Source: an uncultured Acidobacteriota bacterium | GTDB lineage: Bacteria; Acidobacteriota; UBA6911 | DNA: 64,000 bases | Assembly: GCA_963809485.1 (NCBI GenBank) | Contig: CAWEJX010000006.1 | Span: 96,001-160,000, forward strand | Direction of reading: 5' to 3' | Shown here: positions 9,797 through 20,111 of the stretch, piece after piece | Numbering within the stretch: the first letter of the stretch is position 1 | Layout of the letters: every line of letters starts with the position of its first letter | Position numbers and translations under genes: made by a program | The notes under the pieces: model-generated | Databases searched by the model: none | Seen by the model: only the letters and a program-made list of their open reading frames with translations | What the model was told of the DNA's origin: nothing

Positions 9797-10861
9797 ATGG
9801 GCAATCTGGAGTTCTCGGTTCCCTACAACAATGATCCTGAAACTCTTTCCGAAATCTTTCCATTAAAAGAGAAAAACGGCAACCGCATCCGTGAGATTTA
9901 TCTTTCGGGCCCCCAGGAATTTTCCGGCGCAGGCAGGATCGTGCCGGAAATGGATACCGGGGAATTCGTGCGAGTCGTGGAGAGGATCCACAGGGAAGGG
10001 ATTCGAGTAAATCTGCTGCTCAACTCGATTTGCGAAGGGAGTGATTGGTATTCCCCGGGCGTCCTGAAGTCGACCATGGAATACCTCGGGAAGGTGCACG
10101 GGGAATACGGAGTTGAATCGATCACCATTGCGAATCCCCTGTATATCCGTGAGGTGAGAAAGCGCTTCCCGGATCTGGAAATCTGCGCCTCCGTGCTCGG
10201 GGACATCGATTGCGTGGAGAAAGCCGTCATTTTTAGAAAAGCCGGAGCAGATGTCATCACGCCCCACATCGATATCAACCGGGACCTCGCCCTGCTTCTA
10301 AAAATAAAAAATGCCACGGGGGCTCAAATAAAGCTGATGGTCAATGAAGGGTGCCTCTTCCGCTGCCCGTTCCGGAAGTTCCATTTCAACTATATTTCGC
10401 ATAAATCGAGAAATCCGGGGATGAAACAGGGAGTGAAGGCAGAAGACAATGTCTTCAGCCTCAACTGCATCCAGCTCTCCAAAAGCGATCTCTCCCAGAT
10501 CCTGAAGTCCTGCTGGATACGCCCGGAAGATGCGGCGAAATACAGCCGGATAACCAGCTACTTCAAACTGGTGGGCAGAACAAGCTCAAAGAGCATGCTC
10601 ATCCGGTCGGTGGATGCCTATCTGCAGGAAAGCTGGGATGGCGACCTTCTGGAGCTGATGGCGGGCAACCTTTACTCGCTCGCAATGTCCCATCTCATGC
10701 ATCTCGACAATAAGAGCCTTGACGAAATCGGCTTCTTTCAAAAAGTCACCTCCTGCAATAAGGAATGCAGCGAATGCGACTACTGCAGCGCTCTCATAGG
10801 AAAGCTTGTCAAACGCGGTGTTTTCACCCCTGCAAAAATCCAGGACCTTGGACTGAAATAA
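9797..10861 (+). CDS. peptidase U32-family (Fe-S hydroxylase-like) protein
   Basis: NLLLNSIC, DINRDL, VNEGCLFRCPFR, WIRPED, FKLVGR, C-terminal CNKECSECDYC. Confidence 0.8.
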   Translation: MGNLEFSVPYNNDPETLSEIFPLKEKNGNRIREIYLSGPQEFSGAGRIVPEMDTGEFVRVVERIHREGIRVNLLLNSICEGSDWYSPGVLKSTMEYLGKVHGEYGVESITIANPLYIREVRKRFPDLEICASVLGDIDCVEKAVIFRKAGADVITPHIDINRDLALLLKIKNATGAQIKLMVNEGCLFRCPFRKFHFNYISHKSRNPGMKQGVKAEDNVFSLNCIQLSKSDLSQILKSCWIRPEDAAKYSRITSYFKLVGRTSSKSMLIRSVDAYLQESWDGDLLELMAGNLYSLAMSHLMHLDNKSLDEIGFFQKVTSCNKECSECDYCSALIGKLVKRGVFTPAKIQDLGLK

Positions 10862-10893
10862 TTCTTTGCGGCCTCCAGGATGGGGATTGTGCG

Positions 10894-11685
10894 ATGAATC
10901 GCGATAACTGGGTAAAATCGATGGGCCTGGATGTGGATGGCAACCTGTTCGTCGAAATCGACAACGGGATAAAACTATACGACCTGTGCCTGAATCACCC
11001 CCTGCCTGCTCCTGTGGAGATCCATCCCAGGGACCTGATGAAGACTGAAAACCGGCCGTTATACAATCGCTATCTCACGACCCTCAATGAGATCGCCGGA
11101 GTCATGATCCATCCTTCCTATGATGCGCGCTACCGTTTCCGGGGCGGGGACATCGTCGTGGACGCCGGAGCCCGCATCGGAACCTTTGCGGCCAAAATTT
11201 CCGCAGCCGTCGGCGAGAAAGGCAAAATTATCGCTATCGAGCCTGAACCGCGCAACTTTGCCTGCCTCCTCAAGAACATCAAAGCAAACAATCTGACCAA
11301 TGTTCTTGCGGTCCCCAGGATGCTCTGGAGCCGGGAAGAGCAGCGGGACCTGTACCTTTCAGAGTACACGGCGGCGCACAGCGCCTATTTCGATGAATTC
11401 TATCAATCCACCGGAGAGCACATCTGTGTCGATGCGGACTCGCTGGACCACATCCTGGAAAGCCTGGGCACAGGGCCGGCGGATTTTATCAAGATGGACA
11501 TAGAAGGCGCGGAAATCGAGGCCCTCGCAGGGATGAAAGTCGCGCTTGAAACCGTGGGGCAGATGGCCATCGCCGCCTATCATCCGGTTGATGGAAAGCT
11601 CACTCACAGGGTGATCATGCCCCAGCTCGAGCAACTCGGCTTCAAAACCACCTATTCCGACGGGATAGTGCACGCGCAACGATAA
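10894..11685 (+). CDS. FkbM-family SAM-dependent methyltransferase
   Basis: VVDAGARIG, AIEPEP, FIKMDIEGAE. Confidence 0.88.
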   Translation: MNRDNWVKSMGLDVDGNLFVEIDNGIKLYDLCLNHPLPAPVEIHPRDLMKTENRPLYNRYLTTLNEIAGVMIHPSYDARYRFRGGDIVVDAGARIGTFAAKISAAVGEKGKIIAIEPEPRNFACLLKNIKANNLTNVLAVPRMLWSREEQRDLYLSEYTAAHSAYFDEFYQSTGEHICVDADSLDHILESLGTGPADFIKMDIEGAEIEALAGMKVALETVGQMAIAAYHPVDGKLTHRVIMPQLEQLGFKTTYSDGIVHAQR

Positions 11686-12085
11686 TTACATTGGTAAACC
11701 CCCGGCTCTGACGGGGGACTCAAAGAGTTTGACAGCTCCGTATTTTGAAACGCTGAGAAACGCTGATAAAAGCGCTGACAAACACCGATTTGTTCGGCGA
11801 GGGTCGGCGAGCAAAAGCCGATGAGGCGCTTCCGATGGAGTTTTCTGCGGCGGCACTGTGGCAAGCGTCCGGTTTCTCATACCCTTCATCTGCTTGCCGC
11901 ACGGCGCTTGCCACAGTGCCGCCGCAGAAAACTGTCCAGCGCGGAGCGCTGGCCCCTGCGGGGGATCGGAAGCGCCTCATCGGCTTTTGCCCGCGTAAGT
12001 CAGCGTTCAAGACCGGCGTAACTAGTCCAACCGCTTTAAGCGGTTCAAATCTTTCAAGCCTCAGGCTTTGCCGGAGGTGCCTGAC
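11683..12085 (+). mobile_element. non-autonomous palindromic element with IS200/IS605-like ends, copy 2 (longest, nested hairpins)
   Basis: Same ends as the other copies; perfect 26-bp IR 11811-11836/11965-11990 enclosing a perfect 29-bp IR 11839-11867/11905-11933. Confidence 0.78.
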
Positions 12086-12086
12086 T

Positions 12087-13070
12087 TCAGACGGACTCGA
12101 CGCAGGCCAGAATGGATCTCTTTACCAGAGTCTTGGCGATTTGAACCATATACGCATTCCGTTCCGTCGGGACTGCGGCCTCAACGGCCGCGCGACCTGC
12201 GGCCTCCGCGATCTCCTGGTCAACCTTTTGCCTCAGGATGGCTTTTTCCGCCTTCACGGCGCGATAGGGCTTGACCCAAACCGCATTGAGACAGATTCTG
12301 GCGGCCGTAACCTTTCCGGATGAACTCGAGATCATCGCGGCGCAGTTGACGATGGGGAAGTCGATGGACTTCCGGATGGCGAACTTGAGGAAAGCGCTTT
12401 TTGAGTTCCTGGACGGTTCCGGCACGTGTATCTCGGTGACGATTTCGTCAGGTTCCAGGACAGTGGTTTTTGCCACGTCGACCTGGAAAAGGTTTTCGAC
12501 GTCCAGCACTCTTTTTGAAGTCATTGCCTTCGCGTTAAGCGCGATCAGGGCCGGCGCCGTATCGCTGGGGTGCACGGCATAGCACCCGCCCTCGACGCTC
12601 CCGCCGAAGATGGAGTGGTAGCGGTTGTCCCCTTCGATGGCATAGCATCTCCCGCCTCCTTTTCTGAGGCAGGGGAACCGGTTGTTGGGGTTCCTGTAGT
12701 ACCAGCACCGGATGTCCTGGCAGAGGTTGCCGCCGAGCGTTCCCATTTCCCTCAGGTGCGGGGAAGCCGTGCGGCCGGCCGCCTGAGCCAGCGCCGCATA
12801 TTTTTCCCGGATCAGGGGCTCTCTTCCGATATCCTCCAGCCGCGTCAGGGCTCCGATCCTCAGCACGCCGGCTTCCTCTTTGAGGAAATCAAGGCCCGGA
12901 ATGGTCTTAATGTCTATGAGGGCTTCGGGATACCTGGGAAGTATTTCGTCCTTCATCTTTCCCAGTAGATCGGTGCCGCCCGCGATGAAGCAGGCCCGGT
13001 CCCCATATCTGCTGAGAGCCGCAACGGCCTCATCGACCGTCCGGGCATTGATATGCGTGAACTTTCTCAT
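12087..13070 (-). CDS. xanthine dehydrogenase-family FAD-binding subunit (second copy)
   Basis: AGGTDL, LREMGTLGGN, RCWYYR...CLRKGG..C; paralog of 8704..9666. Confidence 0.92.
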   Translation of the reverse strand: MRKFTHINARTVDEAVAALSRYGDRACFIAGGTDLLGKMKDEILPRYPEALIDIKTIPGLDFLKEEAGVLRIGALTRLEDIGREPLIREKYAALAQAAGRTASPHLREMGTLGGNLCQDIRCWYYRNPNNRFPCLRKGGGRCYAIEGDNRYHSIFGGSVEGGCYAVHPSDTAPALIALNAKAMTSKRVLDVENLFQVDVAKTTVLEPDEIVTEIHVPEPSRNSKSAFLKFAIRKSIDFPIVNCAAMISSSSGKVTAARICLNAVWVKPYRAVKAEKAILRQKVDQEIAEAAGRAAVEAAVPTERNAYMVQIAKTLVKRSILACVESV

Positions 13071-13131
13071 AATCGTTCTCCTGAAGGCATGGTCGGCTCG
13101 AGCCCTCATTCGAGCTCATGCGTTGCATGCT

Positions 13132-15564
13132 CTATGTTTTGCCAAGGGCTTGAGAACCCTCTCGGGCGTGACCGGAAAGGTATCAATCCACACACCGATG
13201 GCGTTGTGGACCGCGGGCATGATAAGTGCCGGGACGACTGTCGCCACGTCTTCGCCGATTCCAATGGCGCCGTAGGGGCCGTAGCCCATGCCGGTTTCAA
13301 CGAGAATCGTATCCACCGATCCGATATCGAGAGTCGTGGCTATTTTGTAATCGAGGAGGTTGCCGTTGAGCATGACGCCGGTCACGGGATCGTGGATCAC
13401 CTCTTCGCTTTTGCCCCTGCCCACTCCCATGTAGGTGCCGCCGTATTGCTGCCCTTCGCAGCCCTCCCAGCTGATCACCTTTCCCACATCGTTGACGTTC
13501 ACCACCCTGGTGACTTCGACTTCTCCGGTCTCCGTATCCACTTCCACTTCCATGAAATGGGCCTGCCTGCAGAGCCGGAGCCGTGTGCCCGAATAGGCGC
13601 CCTGCTGGACCTGCCAGGAGTAGGCAAACAGGGGATCGGTGAAATTGCTCCGCTGGGCGCCCTTTCCCATTTCGGGCTGGGCGATCATCGGGCCTTCCAA
13701 CCCGGCGGCGCCGACAAACTGCCCGATGGTCATCTTCATGGAAGGATCCTCTTCACGAAGACGACGCTGTCTTTGATGTCCAGGTCCTCGGGCTTGTAGC
13801 CCGGAAAAGCGGGCGGGAAGCTGCCCCTCGATGTCACGCCGCGAGGCCCGATCGCCGCCTCCAGTATCTTCTGCTTCAGCAGCCTGGCCGCATTCCGGAC
13901 GGCGTAGCCGTTCACCGACATGTTTGTGGACGAATCGGGAGTCATGGCATAGAAGCCGGCATCGATCTGATTCACAAAATGCACATCCTCGATGCGCATT
14001 CCCAATTCGTCCGCCGCGACCTGGCAGTAGGCGGTTTCGGCATTGAGGCCGCAGTCGGCGCGGGCACGAAAAAATGGTTGCGGTCCCGTCCGTTCTCTCG
14101 ATGCGTATACCTGCTTCGCTCGATCCCGCGGAATCTTCCCATTCATGCGTCCAGGTGAATCCCAAGCCGTGCATCCTGCCGTTGGGCAGTTTCGTCTGCC
14201 CGGCGCATGCCAGTTCCTGTTCCAGCCGATGGCGGCCTTGCCTTTTTCGATGCATTCCCTCAGACTGTCCCGCACCGGGAAACCCATCTCGGCCTTGTGC
14301 TCGTTCAGCCATTCCATGTCGTGGCCTTCGGCTCCGTCGTTTTTCAGGGCAACTTCCGTCGGGTCCAGGCCGAGGACGTCGGCAATGCGGTCGAACACAA
14401 GGGTCAGGTTCATCGCGTTGGTATTCTGCTCGCAGCGCGTGGGCACGTTGATGCCCTTGTTGATCTGGACGGCTGTCAGTTTCCCGTAGATGTTGGGAAT
14501 TTTGGTGTTTTCCAGGAAGTGAGTCACCGTGCCGAAAACAGGGAACCAATGGTTGGAAAGCACGACTCGAGACCTCCACCGCGGTAATGGTGCCGTCCTT
14601 TTTGGCGCCTACCCTGTACCGGTAGACACCTTCATCCATCTCGCCGCCGTAAAAGTCCTCTCTGCGGGTGAAGGTCCATTTGACGGGCCGTCCCGTTCTC
14701 TTGGCCACGACGCCGGCGCAGTAGTGCCCTCCCATGTTCCAGGGCACCTGGCTCCATCCTCCAAAGCTCGCACCCTGGTAGGGCAATGAACCTGTATCCG
14801 GTTCATGGGAATCCGCCGAACCAGGAAGAGAGGACCCGCTTGCTGATATAAGGACGCTGCTGCTTGACCCAGATTTCCGGGCTTTCTCCGTTCCATCTGA
14901 AGACGCCGCATGGGCGTTCCGGCCCGATCCAGGTGTGAAGCAGCCGCCTGCATTCGAACTCGACGATCCTGTCGGCTTCGGCAAATCCCTTTGACAACGT
15001 CTCCATGTTGCTCGACGTCCAGGAATCCTTCGTTGTAGTGATTGCCGCCGGGATACGTCTCGGGATTCACCAGCGGAGCTCCCGGCTTCAATCCCTCTTC
15101 GGCATCGAGAACGAAGGGACGCTCTTCCCATTCCACTTCGATCAGCCGCAGCGCTTCATCGGCGATTGCTTCCGTATCCGCGGCAACGAAGGCGCCGACT
15201 TCCTCGCCCTGAAAGTAGGCGATTCCGGGGAAGCACGGGTATCGCGTTGGGGACGTGGCCGCCGAGGTCGGCCAGCGGCGGCAGTTCCGGGATCGTCGTA
15301 GCGGAGCACTGCTCGGACGCCGGGCAGCGCTTCGGCCTTGCTCGTGTCCATGGATACAATCCGGGCATGGGGATAGGGCGAGGTCAGAAATTTTCCGTGG
15401 AGCATTCCCGGAAGGGCTGATATCCATGGTGTAGACAGCGCCTGGCCGCTCGCCTTTTCGTAGCCGTCGAGCCTGCGGACTCCGCGCCGCCCGATGTGAT
15501 TGTATTCCTTCAGCGGGTACCTGTCGAAGCTGCGATTGTCGAAGAGTTCGAACAATCTTGCTGT
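13132..15564 (-). pseudogene. xanthine dehydrogenase-family molybdopterin-binding subunit B, broken by about a dozen single-base indels (possible sequence error)
   Basis: Consecutive frames give DGYEKASGQA, LTSPYPHARI, GASFGGW, RQAHFMEVEVDTETGEV, GQQYGG, YGPYGAIGIGE; boundaries approximate. Confidence 0.8.
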
Positions 15565-15647
15565 TCCACATCCTCAAGCATCCCGGATCTCCATCCTGGA
15601 TTCGAGATTATTTAAAAGACGGCTGCGGGACAATCTCGAATCAGGAA

Positions 15648-18105
15648 TCAGGCTTTTCCCAATGCCTTCAACACCTTGTCCGGCGTGATCGGGCCGTCGT
15701 CGACCCACTTGCCGATGGCGTTGTAGACGGCGCCATGCAGCAGGTAGGTCGTGATCGTTCCCACGTCTTCGCCGACGCCGATCGACCCGTAGGGGCCGTA
15801 GCCCATGCCGGTCTCGACAATGATCGTGTCTACGGAGCCGATTTCCTGAATGGTGGCGAATTTGTAATCGAGCAGGTTTCCGTTCAGGATGACGCCGGTC
15901 GGCTCATCCCATACATATTCCTCACTGAGGTTTCTGCCGATGCCCATGTAGGTGCCGCCGTACTGCTGTCCTTCCACGGCCTCGGGTGAGATGGCCTTGC
16001 CGACGTCGTTGGCGTTGACAACCCTGGTGACCTCAATTTCACCGGTTTCGGTATCGACCTCGATTTCGCAGAAATGGGCCTGCCGGCAGAGGCGGTGCCG
16101 CCCGGCTCCAGTCCGAACCTGCCCTGGCGGTGCCATGCCCAGACATACACGGGCTCATGGGACGTGTTTTGAATGGCTGCATATTCCCGCGGCAGGATAA
16201 CGCTTCCCTTCAGATCCTTCACCACATCCTTCACGCTTTTTCGGTTCGACGGATCGGCCTTGACGTAGACAAAGCTTTCTTTGACGTCCAGATCGGCGGG
16301 CTTCAGGCCCGGGAAAGCCGGCAGGGATGTCGCGCTCGATCAAATGGCTTGAAGTGGTTGCCAGCTCGAGAAGCTTTTGCTTTGCCAGCTTGGCAATCTT
16401 CTTCATCACGTATCCGTTCGTCGTCAGGTTGCAGGAGCCGTCGGGAGTCATCAGCGGCAGGTAGACGTCATCCTGCTGCCTGAAAAAGACATCTTCAGCG
16501 CGCATGCCCAGCTCTTCCGCAACAATCTGGCAGTAGGCTGTTTCCGCATTCAGGCCGATGTCCGACCGCAGGGCGATGATATTCACCGTTCCGTCGGCCT
16601 GGATCATCAGGCCCGCCGATCCCGCGCCTCGCGTGTCGTCCCATTCCTGGCTCCAGATGAAACCCATGCCGTGCATCCGGCCGTTGGGAAGTTTGCTGGC
16701 GCCCGGCGCATGCCACTTCCCGTCCCAACCGATGGCGTTTTTCCCGGCATCGATGCACTCCCTGAGGCTGTCCCTGTCCGGGAAACCATGGGCGCGCTTG
16801 AATTCGGCGAGTTGCTCCATGTCCTTTCCTTCCACGCCGTCATTCATCAATGCGACTTCGGCGGGATCCATCTCCGAGTTCGGCGGCCACGTGGTTGAAC
16901 ACCTGGGACAGGCAGAAGCACGGCGGAGACTGCTCGCACCGGATGGCCATCGTTGGCCCTTTGTTCACCTGGGCGAGCAATGTTTCGGACTAAATGTTGG
17001 GGATCCTCGTATTTTCCAGGAGGTGGGACGCTCCCTCGAAGGAGCAATTGGCATAAATGCTTTTGATCCGGACGGCGGTGATCGTTCCGTCGCGCCTGGC
17101 TCCGACTCTGTAATCGGATGTCATGACATCCATTTGGCCGAAGGTGAAATCGTCCCTCCGGTTGAAGATCCATTTAACGGGTCTTCCCGTCCGCTTTGCC
17201 ATGAGCGCGCTGACATACTGCGGGACCATGCTGTAGTCCATCCAGTTCCATCCGCCGAACATGGCGCCGTTATAGGGGGAGTGGATCTTGATGTGATTCA
17301 TCGGGATGCCGAACCACTCGTGCATGGTCCATTTGTGTTCATAGGGGTGCTGATGATGGAGCCACAGTTCCACGCACTCCCCTTCCCAGCGGGTGATGCC
17401 GCACAGCATTTCCGCATCAGGGCATCCGTGATAGTGGCGCCGGGCAGTGAATTCGGCGACGACCTCGGCTTCCCGGAAGCCCTTCTCGATGTCGCCGAAA
17501 TGCAGAACCGGCCCGAAACCGAAGGACACCGGCATCTGGTTGCTCAATTCCGATGGAGGCGCCCAGTCCTCCATAATGGTCCCCTTGGGGGCCGAGGACC
17601 ATTGCGGCCGGGCCAGGGCGGCGCCGGGCTTGAGGGCTTCCACCTCATCAAGGACAAATGGGCGCTCCTCCCAATCCACCTCGATCAGGCCCAGGGCCTG
17701 CGCCGCGATGTCTTCGGTATCCGCAACCACCACGGCTCCCAGCGGCTGTCCCTGAAAATAGGCGTACTCGCTGAGGACTTCTTCCTCGGATCCCTGCGTG
17801 CTGGTTATTTTTTTCCCCCGTATTTCCGGATCGTCGTAACGCAAAACGGCCCGCACTCCATACAAAGCCTCAGCTTTGCCTGTGTTCATGCTCCTGATTT
17901 TTGCGTTCGGGTAAGGAGAGGTGAGGAAGCGCGCATAAAGCATTCCCGGAAGCTGGATGTCTCTTGTGTAAATGGCCTGCCCGCTGGCTTTCCGGTACCC
18001 GTCGACGCGGCGAACTCCCCTTTTGCCGATCTCCCGGAAAGTCTCCGGTATGTACCTGTCATGCTCCATCGGATTGCTGGGCATTTCCTCAAACAGCCGG
18101 TCCAT
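15648..18105 (-). pseudogene. xanthine dehydrogenase-family molybdopterin-binding subunit A, with an in-frame TAG (16990) and three frameshifts (~16872, ~16309, ~16101)
   Basis: MDRLFEE start 3 nt after the FeS gene stop; VDGYRKASGQA, GAMFGGW, EIEVDTETGEI, YGPYGSIGVGE, PITPDKVLKAL. Confidence 0.82.
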
Positions 18106-18107
18106 GG

Positions 18108-18734
18108 CTACTTTGCCTCCCGCAGCGTTTGGGCCGCTTCCAGGATGGCTTTGGGGTGCTGCGGATAGGTGCCGCAACGGCAAAGGTTGCCTCCCAGCGC
18201 CTCCCGGATTTCCTGTTCTGTCGGATTGAGATTCCGGTCGAGAAGAGCTTTTGCCGTCACCACGAATCCGGGCGTGCAGTAGCCGCACTGCATGCAGTGA
18301 TGCTTGACGTACGCCTCGACCAGCGGATGCCTGGATGCCGCGATGCCTTCTACCGTTTCAATCTGCTTCCCGTTACATTCGATGGCCAGCGTCATGCAGG
18401 AAAGGATGGGGCGGCCGTTCATGATGACGGTGCAGGAGCCGCAGGCTCCGCGATCGCACATCAGTTTGGTGCCGGTAAATCCCAACCTGTCGTGGATGAG
18501 GTAATGCAATGTCCAGTCGGGCTCAACCTGAAACCTGTATTTCTGGCCGTTGATTGTGAGGTGAATGGTCCCTTCCGGCTCGGGAAGCGGCTCCCCCTTG
18601 TGCTTATCGATGATGTGGGATTTTATGGCTTCAAACGAGTCGAGAGTATCCAGGCAATACGGGCAGGAATACCTGGCTAAAGCATGGGTTGGCTGGTTCA
18701 CCCGGACTGTCTTTTTCGTAACTTTCTCGGACAT
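18108..18734 (-). CDS. xanthine dehydrogenase-family (2Fe-2S) small subunit with N-terminal C2H2 zinc finger
   Basis: YSCPYC-x12-H-x4-H, then GTKLMCDRGACGSC, QCGYCTPG, NLCRC. Confidence 0.92.
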   Translation of the reverse strand: MSEKVTKKTVRVNQPTHALARYSCPYCLDTLDSFEAIKSHIIDKHKGEPLPEPEGTIHLTINGQKYRFQVEPDWTLHYLIHDRLGFTGTKLMCDRGACGSCTVIMNGRPILSCMTLAIECNGKQIETVEGIAASRHPLVEAYVKHHCMQCGYCTPGFVVTAKALLDRNLNPTEQEIREALGGNLCRCGTYPQHPKAILEAAQTLREAK

Positions 18735-18860
18735 GACTGGTTGCTCCTTCTACAAAGGGGCGATAGGATCGTTTTTCAATAATGCCGCGTGGCTGCTGAA
18801 GCCATCGGCCGGCTGCGCGGTTCGCGCAATTGGGACCTCAGGGATGTGCTTTACCCTTCG

Positions 18861-20093
18861 CTACCGACGGCCGCCGAGCGTTCTGAGGTACACGGACTGC
18901 TCAATACGGCTTTCGTATTCTTTCCGGAAAAAGTTCAGTGTATCCGTAAGCGGCGTTGAAGCTGTCTGCCCCAGGCCGCACAGCGCCGAAAGGGACATAA
19001 CGCTGGCCAGGTCTTCCAGAGCGCCGATATCCTCGCTGGCCCCTTCTCCCCTGGTCAGCCTTCCCAGGATTTCGAGCATCGCCTCCGTGCCGTCCCTGCA
19101 GGGAGTGCATTTGCCGCACGATTCCTCCGCCAGAAACTCCATATTGCGGTACATCAGGTCGATGATGTCCCGTGTCTGATTGAATACCGTGACGGCTCCG
19201 GACCCCAGGATGCTCTCGTAGGAGAGCGGAGTGTCGAGCATCTCCGCAGGGACAGCCCGGCCGCAGGCACCGCCAACCTGTATCATTTTTATATCCCGGG
19301 CGCCTGCCAGATCGACGACCAGTTCTTTAAGTTTGCTCCCCATTTCGAGCTCGTAAACGCCGGGCGATGCCACGTCTCCGCTTACCGAAAAAACCTTGGT
19401 CCCCTTGCTGCGATCTGTCCCCATCTCGCGGAACCACGCGCTGCCGTTGAGGATGATCTGGGGCACATTCATCAGGGTCTCGACATTGTTGATAATTGTG
19501 GGCATACCCCAAAGGCCTTTGGCCGGGGGGAAGGGGGGCTTGTAGCGCGCCTCTCCCCTGAGGCCCTCGATGGAATTCATCAGACCCGATTCTTCGCCGC
19601 ACATATAAGCGCCGGCTCCCTCACGAAGCTCTATGTCCAGATGGTTGAGGAATCCCCGTTCCCTGGCCTGGCGGATGGTGTTGAGGATCAAATCGAACAG
19701 AAAATGGTATTCCGCGCGGAGGTACAGGAATGCTTTCCGGGCTCCGACCGCCCAGCCGGCTATGGCGATCGCCTCAATGAGAGTAAAGGGATCGTTTTCC
19801 AGCAAAAACCTGTCTTTGAAGGTGCCGACCTCACCCTCGTCCGCATTGCAGATGATGTACTTTTCGTCGGCCGCACGCTCCCGGGCGAGCTTCCATTTCA
19901 ACCCGCAGGAGAATCCGGCGCCGCCGCGTCCCAGCAGGCCCGAAGCAATCACTTCCTCGATCACTTTCTCGGGCGTCATCTGCTTCTGCGCTTTCTCCAA
20001 AGCGGCGAAGCCATCATTCTTTAAAAAAGAATTGATGTTTTTGGGATCGATCCGCCCACAGTTTTTAATGATGACCCGTTTTTGCACAGCCAT
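18861..20093 (-). CDS. NuoF/FdsB-like FMN/NADH-binding subunit (short, non-bifurcating signature)
   Basis: GRGGAGF, NADEGEVGTFKDR, GAGAYMCGEES, ESCGKCTPCR..C; no terminal ferredoxin domains. Confidence 0.9.
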   Translation of the reverse strand: MAVQKRVIIKNCGRIDPKNINSFLKNDGFAALEKAQKQMTPEKVIEEVIASGLLGRGGAGFSCGLKWKLARERAADEKYIICNADEGEVGTFKDRFLLENDPFTLIEAIAIAGWAVGARKAFLYLRAEYHFLFDLILNTIRQARERGFLNHLDIELREGAGAYMCGEESGLMNSIEGLRGEARYKPPFPPAKGLWGMPTIINNVETLMNVPQIILNGSAWFREMGTDRSKGTKVFSVSGDVASPGVYELEMGSKLKELVVDLAGARDIKMIQVGGACGRAVPAEMLDTPLSYESILGSGAVTVFNQTRDIIDLMYRNMEFLAEESCGKCTPCRDGTEAMLEILGRLTRGEGASEDIGALEDLASVMSLSALCGLGQTASTPLTDTLNFFRKEYESRIEQSVYLRTLGGRR

Positions 20094-20111
20094 TTCCTCC
20101 AAGGGTGCCCG

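Noticed and set aside
13132-16900. Programmed frameshifting or phase variation in the Mo-subunit genes
   Set aside because: Too many shifts of both signs, with no slippery heptamers or long homopolymers
16990-16992. In-frame TAG in Mo subunit A as pyrrolysine
   Set aside because: It aligns with a Tyr in the paralog, is not a known catalytic site, lies at the edge of the indel-rich zone, and no pyl genes are visible
16558-18168. Long antisense ORFs (also 29578..30933, 39171..40541, 42257..43609, 59130..60854, 62081..63832)
   Set aside because: Shadows of well-supported genes on the opposite strand, as expected in GC-rich DNA; no recognisable motifs
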